This document shows, one piece after another, positions 26,040 to 36,242 of a DNA stretch of 64,000 nucleotides. The stretch spans positions 33,904,213-33,968,212 of the forward strand of contig OZ234493.1 of assembly GCA_965153455.1 (NCBI GenBank). The letters run 5' to 3'. Within the stretch, counting starts at the first letter, position 1. Every line of letters begins with the position of its first letter. The stretch is from Sphagnum compactum (taxonomy: Eukaryota). The translations under genes and the position numbers were made by a program. A model generated the notes under the pieces. It saw nothing but the letters and a program-made list of their open reading frames with translations, had not been told where the DNA came from and searched no databases.

Positions 26040-26830
26040 ATTTGATATTAGTTAGGTAGGCTTAAGTCAAAACTACCTACATACTTAACATACATAATTA
26101 ATTAACCTATTATAACTAGCCTACTAGCTTATTAATTAGGCTTAAGTTACCTACCTAACATAATTTGTAGTCCATTAATAAAACTTAGGTACTTGTTACT
26201 TACCTAACTTAATAATTTAAGTTGTTAGGTAGCCAAGCTAAACCTAACAAGGTACATATAATTGCTTAAAGGCCTAGTTTTAAGCTAATTAAATAGGTCA
26301 ATTATACCTACCCTATCAACCTACCTACCTACCTACCTACCCATTCACCCTACCCTATTTATTTAAAGCATACATATTTATTTGATTTACATACCTACGT
26401 ACCTTAACAACTAGCCAATTTACCTACCTATACCAACTTAATCACCTTAACAACCTCCTTACCTACCTACTTACCTGGACCTACCTCCTACCTACCTACC
26501 AACTACCTCCCTACCTAGTTAGCTACCTACCTACATACCCTAACAACCTACCTACATACCTACCCACCTAAACCTATTTACTTACCTTAGGTCTACTTAC
26601 GTACCAATGTATACCTACCTACCTATACCTACCTCCCTAACTACCTACTAATTTACTAGGTAGCTAGAATTATATTGAAGTTTACTAATTAGCTACTAGT
26701 TATTAATTACCTCGGTAACTAGGTAGGTCTATTAATTAAGTAACATATATTACCTAGCTACTATCTAGTTCCTAACTACTACATATTAATTGTACTACCT
26801 AATACTTATTAGTTCCTACTCAATAATACT
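26040..26830. repeat. Low-complexity (CCTA/TACC)n-rich degenerate repeat
   Basis: Repeated CTACCTAC runs mixed with TAGGTAG and TAATTA. Confidence 0.85.
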
Positions 26831-27116
26831 TACTAAGTTTACATGTACACATAACTATAAATCTTGAAGGAAAAATATAAGTTGAATTTTGTGAACATAA
26901 TTCAATTTCAAGAAAGTTTTTTTCACAAATCATTTAAATTTTTATACCTATTGTGCATATGAATGGATAGATCTTCAAATAAAATTTCTCGCAAATAAAT
27001 ATTCATTTTTTTTATTTGAGTAAGACGTGAAGAAGAAAATGCATTTCAAAGTTTGAATGTCAATTTTTTTGAAATGGAACATGTTAATAACAAAGTTTCA
27101 CATATCATAACATTAA

Positions 27117-27290
27117 GGTGTGGTGAGTTGGTTAAGGACTTGGTAAGTACATATGGCCGAAGAGGTCAAGGATTCAACTCCCATTATTTATATGCCTATG
27201 GGAATATGTGAAGATGGTGTACAACCCTAGGCTATGGAATGTACAACTATCCACCACACCCTAGGTGAGTAACTAGGGTCTACCTATAGA
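27117..27290 (+). mobile_element. Putative tRNA-derived SINE-like element or degenerate tRNA head
   Basis: A-box-like GTGGTGAGTTGGTTAAG (~27119-27135) and B-box-like GGATTCAACTCCC (27170-27182) at tRNA-like spacing, but no intact cloverleaf. Confidence 0.45.
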
Positions 27291-28088
27291 TCAATGCGAC
27301 AAACTAAATCCATGTGAATTCGCCACCGCATCAAGAGAGAAAGCAAGAGAGAGCGCGCACGTGATTTTCTTCAAATATTACAGGTATTTTCTTTTTTCCA
27401 TAAATGTGTGTTTAGTATAGTTGCTTTAAACATTCTGCGCTGGAAAAGGTTGTTGGAAAAGGTGTTTTCCAACCCATAAAGTACTGCCTGGATTTTTCCT
27501 TGTATTTTCAGCTCCCTTACCTGCTTGATGAAACCTGTTTTCACCAAGCGGGATCTTTTGCTGTGGAAGGTAGTAGCCAGGCTGTACTGAGATCTTCTGA
27601 CCAGAAGAAGGTACCAACAAGCCTGTAACTATTTCTAAAAAGTGAAAAAATCCCAGCTCTGCTTTCCGTAGGAGAAGGACCTGAGTATAGGCCCTTCCGA
27701 TATTTTCGACTTGTTCCCTCATCCTACCAGCCTCCGGCACAGATCTCAAATCACAGAAGAGCCTGTACTCAGACCCTTCTCCTATACAGAATATTTAATT
27801 TGAAATTATGTAACCTTTTGGGGGCTCTTACACACCTTGTAACTTTAGCCATGAGCCTAGCTTGCCCATATTCCAACATGGCATTTCAAAAGCATCCATA
27901 TGAGGACTTTGCACATGTGAACAACTTTCAAGTATTTTACACCATAGCCATAGGTAACAAATTCATGGAACTAGACATATACGCAAAATGACAAGTTCCA
28001 ACTCAACTTCCAATAATTTCCTTAACATTTTGGTAGGTGAAAACTATCAATCACAAGCATATTCAAGATTGGCAACATATCTACTTTA

Positions 28089-28142
28089 ATGGCACAATGA
28101 AAGATGGAGTACGTCAAACCACTCAGTCTTTCATTGTGCCAT
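28089..28142. other. Inverted repeat / hairpin with a perfect 16-bp stem
   Basis: ATGGCACAATGAAAGA (28089-28104) is the exact reverse complement of TCTTTCATTGTGCCAT (28127-28142); inner GAGT/ACTC extends the stem around a 10-nt loop. Confidence 0.9.
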
Positions 28143-28796
28143 GACAACATGGATGACCCAATCAAACATAAAACCTATAGGCAGCTTCGATTCCATCTGG
28201 CCCATCATCCATCCATAAGGTGAAACCTGAAATACAATTTGATTGTTCAACCATATATTTTTGCCTCATTTTTATTAAAAAATATTCGATAGCAACACAC
28301 ACTATTTGCAAAAAAATTGTTGGCAAACTTATTAGTATAGTTAATCTTTATTTTATACAAAATGAATTTTGCAACAGAGCATAGAATTTTCACCTGTATG
28401 TGGAACTTGAGAGCTGGCTTTCTTTTGCAGTTGGAAGATGAAACCTGTGTGGTGAAAGCAAGCAGCTGCAATAAGACTGCAATTTTGGGTCTCAGATTTT
28501 AAAAGCTTCCAGAGCAAGCTCTACAGATGGGGTTGGTCTTCTGGTATTGGAACACAGAAGGACCTAGTGCAGGGAAATTGTGATAGCAGAACCTGTGAAC
28601 AAAATAGCTTTGAAAGCAAATCAGAAAAGTCAAAAGACCCATATGTAACCTCTTGCAAGCATTGAACTTTTTTGGAGCCCCCTGTGAAACGAAACCTTTT
28701 ACTCCTGATCCTTGAGTAGAAATGACCACACCATGATCAGATCTGGCTGGCTGGGGGGAAAAAAAAATTCCAACCAAAACACAATTGCAAAGGAGA

Positions 28797-31718
28797 TCAA
28801 AAAATTGAGGCCAAATGCTTGGGGCGTCTCCTGCCTGACACCCTAGACTTGATGCTCCTAACGGGTGATAAAGGTGCACTGGAGGATGATACCCTTTGGT
28901 CTCTAAGAAGCTGACCACCCCTCAATCGTTTGTTGGTTTGTCTTCGTGGAGACCTGGTGGGTCCAATCCCCCCAGGCTTACGAAACCTCACTGATGTTCG
29001 CAATTGTCCTAATGCCTCCTCAGCAGCCTGATGCTTAGCTTTCTCCCAAGTGATCCCACTACCCTTTCCTAATGTGCGTCCGGCAACATCCACCTGACAG
29101 TGGAAGACCTGATGATTCCCAAGCGTACTCGATGGCATCGCCCTAAAGTGTACATTGATGCCCTCAATTGTACACAATTCTTTTAAAGCAGAAACCACAT
29201 TGAATGTGTGATCAACACCATCATCAGACCTGTAGTCCCCTGATGATGATGGCAGTACATAGCCAGAGGTACTAGCAACAAACCGAGTTTCATCATCCAT
29301 TGCTACTGGCCCAGGACCAGCATGTAATCGAGGATCTCTGAGGCTCCTCCCATGGGAAGAAAGCTGGCCATATTCCTCAGGCCCAGAGTAGGAATTGCTC
29401 ATCAGTTCTACCTGCTGATGCCCATTCATACTTTCATTCACTAGAAAATTGAGTGCATCTTTTGCAGCCATGGTATTCGCTTCTTTCTTGGTGCACCCTG
29501 TGCCCTCTCCAACTTTCTGACCACCAAATATGATCTCCACATTGAAACTAAGTTGTGAGGAAGTCATCAACTTTGTTCGATACTGAACTGTCGCATTCAC
29601 CTTCTGCCCAAATTCGTGCAGAGCACTGATAGGATTATTGTTAGCACCCATTCCTACTAAGGAGGCATGGAATGAGGTTTCCCTTGGAGAGACAACTTTG
29701 ATAGTACTTCCACCTACATCCTCATCATCTAAGAAAGCCAATGTGTCAGCCCCGGATCTCTTCTCTGACAGAAACACCTTTTCTTGTGGCTGATGCAGCT
29801 TTGGGGGATTGTCTTGCCCATGTTGCAAAATCAGCAACCGACGACGAGTGTCCGGGTCAATGTCAGTTTCTGGGACTTCTCCATCCTCTCTGGCCAGGGA
29901 CCCTCCTCCTACTTGTCTATGCAATGTGGGGAGAAAACTGTAGTGCACTTCTTCTCCGCGTTTCGGGTATGACAAAGAAGTCTCCCCTTGCTGATACAAC
30001 AGCGCATCGCCTTGCACAAGCTGTGATGATGGCAACGTCATCAAGTCTTCATCATCAGGTTGCACATGATGGGTCAGTAGCAGCCGCCCCCCATTTGTCC
30101 CCTGTTCTATCATCTTCGATGGAGCTAGGAGTTTCACAGCATCCACACCATCAACAGCATACTTCTTGTTTGTGCTGATTGTGCCAAAACCCGGAACCAC
30201 TTCATCTGAGACAATAATACTCTCAGTGGCCGCCAGCATCATATAGCTGGAAACATCAGGTGGCTTTGGTAAAGTTGCCACATCCGTATCAAATCGGACA
30301 TCTGCCATTTGATGTGTCAGAATCTCATCCAGATCCTTGAAAAATCCAGCTCGCACATTACATGCAATGTTCCTGGCAATGCAAAGAGGTGGCGTTTCAT
30401 GAAGTGTTTCTGCCATGGGATCGCTAGTGTATGGCTGGAATGCTTGCACTTGATGCACTCGGGGTTGGTCCAGCTTCTCCCAAACAGGTAAGCGGTCATC
30501 AATCACCATAGCCATCTTGGGATGACATAGGCGGTGAGGAAACACATGTTTGAGGGATTTCTTGGCGTCAGATTTGACACAGATCACACGCTCGTTGAGC
30601 TCCTGAGAATTGATGAGGCGTGAATCTGGATCCAGCAACCGCCACATCTCGAGGGCATAATCCCTCTCCGACATGGTGCAGATGAAGACTTCAAATCGCT
30701 TTCTCCCCTTCTTTGCCATCAGATAGTTTCGGAGATCATCCCAGGCTGGCCGCAATCGCACAAGTACACTGGTATCCCGCACGGCTGGGTTGATCCGCGT
30801 AAGAATGAGGTTGTTGTTGTGCTGCTCAAGAAGACGAATCACAGGCCGAGTGATGGGCATCCCTCCTTCGACTACGGGAGCAACTACCTCGGATTGCGCC
30901 TTGTACAGCTTCCCATTGATGAAAACCTGGTCAGTCTTGTAGTATTGCTCCAGAAGGGTTTTGTCTTCTTGGAGACGTTTCAATGCAGAGGAGGATGAGT
31001 CTTCTTGTCCAGTCTGCTGCTGCTGCTGCTGCAAGGAGCGGCGTCGGCGGCTCAGAACATCAATCCTATCATCAAAGGTCTTCATTGTATTGGCAACAAT
31101 GAGGGTTTCGTCCAAGTCCAACACCATAGCCAGACAACGGAGGTTGAGCAAGGCAAGGCAGGAGGCATACATAGCTTCTTCTCCAACCAAGACTCCCCAG
31201 AAACAAGCATGTTCTCCGCCATTCTCAAGATGAGTCTGTGACACAGGCATGGCCACCAAGTGAATCTCGAGACCGCCGGCTTCTTCTACTGGGACCACGG
31301 CTGTCTTGGATTCTGCCAGGCAGCAGGAATGAAGGCTGTTGAGACGCCGCCGAGTAGCATCGGTAGACGCAAGCTGCTGTCTTTGTTGAGTACTGGGAAC
31401 AAGCTTGAACATGACCCGGGAGCCGATGGTATGTAGCACCAGAAGCGGCGAGCAGCGGTCACTGGAAGCGGAGAAAGAAAGGAAGCGAATCTGTTTGCTG
31501 AACAAGGCATGGCTCAAGTGTGTTGCGTCTGCAGTCTGTGGCATCAGCAGCACTTCACCATAACAGGAGTCTTGTGCATCAAACAGACTTGTAGCAAACC
31601 CCCCCCCATCGCTGGACATCTCCTCCATAGCTAAATTCTTCTGTGTCAGGGAGGAGGAGTCTGTAGTACTAGTAGTAGTCAGGACGGACACATCTTCTGT
31701 TGCCCCGATTCTTCCCAT
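28797..31718 (-). CDS. CPL1: RNA polymerase II C-terminal domain phosphatase-like protein (CPL1/CPL2 family), single coding exon, ~973 aa
   Basis: First ATG at 31718. FCP1-like catalytic motif DLDETL and CPL blocks (RDYALEMWRLLDP, MAMVIDDR, GEVPETDIDPDTRRRLLILQHGQD). Two dsRNA-binding motifs (GEGTGCTKKEANTMAA; GKGSGITWEKAKHQAAE) and a basic C-terminal NKRLR. Confidence 0.92.
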   Translation of the reverse strand: MGRIGATEDVSVLTTTSTTDSSSLTQKNLAMEEMSSDGGGFATSLFDAQDSCYGEVLLMPQTADATHLSHALFSKQIRFLSFSASSDRCSPLLVLHTIGSRVMFKLVPSTQQRQQLASTDATRRRLNSLHSCCLAESKTAVVPVEEAGGLEIHLVAMPVSQTHLENGGEHACFWGVLVGEEAMYASCLALLNLRCLAMVLDLDETLIVANTMKTFDDRIDVLSRRRRSLQQQQQQTGQEDSSSSALKRLQEDKTLLEQYYKTDQVFINGKLYKAQSEVVAPVVEGGMPITRPVIRLLEQHNNNLILTRINPAVRDTSVLVRLRPAWDDLRNYLMAKKGRKRFEVFICTMSERDYALEMWRLLDPDSRLINSQELNERVICVKSDAKKSLKHVFPHRLCHPKMAMVIDDRLPVWEKLDQPRVHQVQAFQPYTSDPMAETLHETPPLCIARNIACNVRAGFFKDLDEILTHQMADVRFDTDVATLPKPPDVSSYMMLAATESIIVSDEVVPGFGTISTNKKYAVDGVDAVKLLAPSKMIEQGTNGGRLLLTHHVQPDDEDLMTLPSSQLVQGDALLYQQGETSLSYPKRGEEVHYSFLPTLHRQVGGGSLAREDGEVPETDIDPDTRRRLLILQHGQDNPPKLHQPQEKVFLSEKRSGADTLAFLDDEDVGGSTIKVVSPRETSFHASLVGMGANNNPISALHEFGQKVNATVQYRTKLMTSSQLSFNVEIIFGGQKVGEGTGCTKKEANTMAAKDALNFLVNESMNGHQQVELMSNSYSGPEEYGQLSSHGRSLRDPRLHAGPGPVAMDDETRFVASTSGYVLPSSSGDYRSDDGVDHTFNVVSALKELCTIEGINVHFRAMPSSTLGNHQVFHCQVDVAGRTLGKGSGITWEKAKHQAAEEALGQLRTSVRFRKPGGIGPTRSPRRQTNKRLRGGQLLRDQRVSSSSAPLSPVRSIKSRVSGRRRPKHLASIF

Positions 31719-32169
31719 TGCACACCGCAACGATGATGATGATGATGTTCTTCTTCTTCTTCTTCTCAAGCTTCTTTGCTACTGGAAGAAGAAGAAGCTT
31801 TGCTTCTCAGTATTAGGGTTTAAAGAGCGTCGCGTTTTCTTCCCTTCCCTGCTGGTTTTGCTTGTTCTAGGGTTTGATCCTCTTCAAGTTTTCTTCCCCC
31901 CTGCTACTCCCATCTCAAGTACCACACTACAGCAAAAATGCATCTGTCTCTTGCTCCTCCTCCTGATGTCAAACCAACGGAAGCAAGCAAGCTCTCGTCC
32001 GTGGGACTTACTTAGGGTATCATCTTCTTCTTTCTGCACACAAAGTCTCTATTGCTTAGGGTCACTGATTTCTCGCGCTCATTCCGTATATCTACTACTC
32101 GGTTTGTTCCCAGTTTCACACAAGCTTCATGGATGGTTGTTCAAGCCAAGGGCTTCTCTCTCTCTTTCC

Positions 32170-32202
<33 letters not shown>

Positions 32203-34352
32203 CTTTTCCCCTGGCAACAGCATGCGCTTCCCCCGTCTTCCTAACTCTACTTTCTCTCTAGAAGCACATCATTATCATCCTGCTCATCTTCCTCCTTGGC
32301 TTCCGGTGTGTTTCCCTGTTATGGTATCTCAAGTCAAGTATGGACAACGTTGACATCTAGTACGTATACCAGACAAGAGAAAAGCTTGTGATCAATCCGA
32401 AGAAGAAAGTAGCAGGGAACGGCGACAGCAGCAACAACAACAATATCAGCGGCGTGGCATGTGTGTTGTTGCCATAGCTCTATGTTCCACGGCTTGCCAT
32501 GGGGAATGGAAAGGAGGACAAAACAACATCAACAACAACAACGACGACAACAAGAGGAAGCTGCGAAGTTGTTGTGAGAGGAGAAGAAGACGACGACGAC
32601 GACGACGACGACGACGATGATGGGCAGGGTTTGGTTCCAACACATGAATGATTCTTATAACAAGAGGTGTTCCATCACTGAAAAGAAGAGTGTATATACT
32701 ACTGTTCCAATGATTGCGGCGGCACTCCTGTGTGTTGTTGTGGACTGTGTGAGCGCAATCTCTTGAAAGCTCTTTCGATTTTCTTCTCTTCCTAACATCT
32801 GGTGTGCCATGATATTGCAAAAAAATCACGCCGCACCAAAGCACAGCGGCAAGGGATTGGAGGTCGGTCGGTGCGCGAAACCCTCAAGTGCGTGAAAGCT
32901 TCTTCACTGCACTGTCCTCGAGTAAGACTGCGTCGTCGCGCTCCCGCCCGGCCGCCCGACCACCCGCCCGGGTTAATATTAGGCCTTGGTTGGTACCATG
33001 GTAAAAATCCCAAAATCCATTTATATTTAATTCTAAATAGGAATTACAAAATTTGATGATTGAATTTTGTTTTCGTAGTTTTCCAAAGTAAACTAATAGT
33101 TCAATGTGTAACAACTATAATGGGGGGGGGGACAAAAAATCAAATTGGTAAAAGTTTAATGTTTTTTTTAAAAATTCATCATCAAAATCTGAAAAAAATT
33201 AAATTAATTAAATTAAATGGCAAATTTTTATCCTAAATTCTTGCAAGTAACCAAAAATATTTTTTAATATTTCTTTTATTTTCATATTTTCTTATTGCCA
33301 AATTTGGCTAAATCATATTATGGATCATCATCACATGAGCAACATCACAAAACTGAGAAAAAAAATGGCGTACAACCTTCGTCTATGTTAGCAACCTAAT
33401 ATTTATAGTTTATAAGAAACATTATCAACTTTCATTAACCTTGTTTTTTTTTTTTCATAACCATGATATTACTTGGATGAAAACATCATTATTTTTCTCT
33501 TCATAGATGAAAATAATATTTATAGTACATTCATTTCAAATATGTTGTTAATGATAAAAATGACGACAAATAGGTATGAAATAAAAAATGCATGGTACTA
33601 ACTAAAAAATTACTAACATGTTCTCCAACTACCTAAGCATGGCAAGTCATCTCAATTCTCACAACAATCAATTAGGCTTAGTAATTGGTTTAGTGCCACT
33701 AATTATCAAAAATACTAGCCTTGGCTTTCTTATGCTTTGACTATTTGTAATAGCTAACAACCTTTCACCAATTACTTAGTATGTAAGCCTTTGATGCATT
33801 TACTTTTGCTCATTTGGAAATTTCTCAATGTGATTGGGCTCGGATTCTTGCATTGCATTAGAAGTGAGAATTGCACCCACCAACTTGATGTGACTAGTAG
33901 GCTTGGATTCTTATATTGCATTGCAAGTGAAAATTGCACCCACCAATTGTTCAACATCCATCAAATCCTCCAACTTGTTGTGACAATTTTTGGACTATTG
34001 AACAATTTTCAAAGAATGATTTTGCTTGCATGTAAAGTGGATAGGTCCATGTAAATACCAATTCATGTCATGGTCCATTTTGTTTCCAAATTTAATGCTT
34101 GTAATGTACAACAATTCAATTTTTTGAAAGAAATTTGATGTCATTTCTAATGTTATAAATGGTGATTTTAATTTTCATCCCCATGTAACCAGATAGAGGT
34201 AATTGATAAGAAAAAAAAGTGAAATGGTCATAAGGATGGAGGTAATTAGTAGGAAAGGATATAATTATCAGGAAATAAGTGAGGTAGTTAGACTTGAAAA
34301 TGAGATAATTGTTTTTAAATTGTCGTTGGAATTGTCCAAGGAGGACCATTCA

Positions 34353-34642
34353 ATTAGAGTTATCTGTAAAGTAACCCTGTCTTCACCCTGTCTTTGGGCC
34401 TCCTTTCACCCCCTATCCTCTCTTTTTGTCATATCCACAAAGTAAAGACATTTTATACAATCTCCGTATGAAATGCTAAAACTCAGCATTTAATGCACAA
34501 GGTTTGAGACCAATTATAGTAGTTGTCCAGTTAGGAGCAGCAGTGAAAATATATGTAGCAGCAGTGGAGGCGCTCAGAAAAAAGGAAAGACAGGATGAAA
34601 CTCAGTTTACCACCAAAATTGATGGTTTTCTGAGTTTCATCC
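34353..34642 (+). mobile_element. Non-autonomous ~290-bp element (family A), copy 3, with terminal hairpin
   Basis: Matches 10163-10451; ends with the inverted pair GGATGAAACTCAG (34593-34605) / CTGAGTTTCATCC (34630-34642). Confidence 0.85.
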
Positions 34643-36242
34643 CCCCTTGAATGCTAATGTATTTTTTTGCAGGTTTCTTTCTTTCTTTCTTTCTTTCTTA
34701 TAGTGTACACTAGTGTGGCCTATGCTATTGAGCACATATTTTGTATTATTGAATGAACTTTGATATGGCAAATGCTACACACCTTCTTTAGCCTAAGTCT
34801 GAAATCCAATTTTCATAAATATTTTGATGATTTATTTTTTTATTGAATTTTCAATGACAAAAAAGTTACTCAATATATCTCCCGCACCTTAGGTGTCTAG
34901 AATGTACCAAATCACCTACCTCATTGAGAGCTTCCCAACAACACCAAGAAGAGCGCACAACCAATTTCCCTTAAAAAAAATAAAAAAATAGTTTTGATTT
35001 TTATTGAATTGAATGTTTCAAATGACAAAATTATTCAATTTTCAATAACTCTTACACCATAGGTTTGAACATTACAAAACCACTTTGGTCACCGATGTGA
35101 GGTACCAAGTTAGTTAGGGCATGACGAGTGGGTCGCTATGGTTGATTAACTAAACCTTTGCTAAAGTTGATTTAACTCTAGCCTAGAGGGAAAGAGACTT
35201 TTCACTATGTATGATTTTGGGACCATTTCTTCTTTTTGCAAACACTTGATTGATGAAAAATACTTTGCTTGAAAAAAAAAGCAATGGGTTGTTCACTAGT
35301 CAAGCTGACATGGTAGAACATGAGTGAGTGGTTGTCACAGACAAAAATGAAAAAATTTCCATGATTAACAAGCATTACATTCAAATTGTTTTAATTTTGT
35401 TTCAATTGACTTGGCAACCAATTTGTAAGAATGCGGGAGACCTAGGAGACCTCGCTATATACTCTCCTTGAAAGCTGTTTCTTTGTTCATGTCGTCTTTC
35501 TTGCAGAGAGTATTCATTCACCAGCCCCCTGGCAAAAAAGATGTAAAACCTACAAGTAGACTACAAAACCCATGTTGGGACATCTACAATTCTAAATGAC
35601 CTGCAAATCTTTCATATCGCTACCAACTTCCCGCTTGTATGAAAGAATCTTGGTATGACGAGCTGCAAATCTGTCACTGCATATATCAAGTTCCTACCAG
35701 AGCCTCTCATGCCCACGTTTCTCGGTATTTCGTTGTCGCTAGTCTGTTTCCTGCAAAAGAAAAACCCGAAGTCATTCCAGCATCTATGGGGATCACCAAC
35801 ACCATAGACAGCCAAACTGACAGAAAATGAAACACGAAGGTTGAATCAGATCTTCACAACTTAGATGAGATAGTAAGCATTTCTTCAAGGCAACGCCTTT
35901 TTAAGAAAAGGGGTTGGTGGAGTTTGATAATTTCTGCATGTGCATGATGAAGTGGGAGTGAAAAAAAGGGTAGCCAACAGGTTTAGGGTTTAGGGTTTAG
36001 CGCATATGCAATTGTTACAAAAAGATTACAAGATGGGTATCGGATCCTTACACTGAATCAGTTTGATGTGATCTATACATGCGCTTGAAAGGTAAACTCT
36101 GTTGCTCCAGATCTTCTGTCATCATACTCTTGTATAATAACAGTTCTTTTTTTTTCTGTTTCTGCAACTTGAACAAACCAAGCACAATTTGAGCTGTGAA
36201 AGTAGATTCAGTCTGGAAGAACCCCATCGAGTGTCAATGCTT

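Noticed and set aside
27426-27749. 107-aa minus-strand ORF downstream of CPL
   Set aside because: Non-ATG start and no recognisable domain; more likely 3' UTR or flanking sequence.
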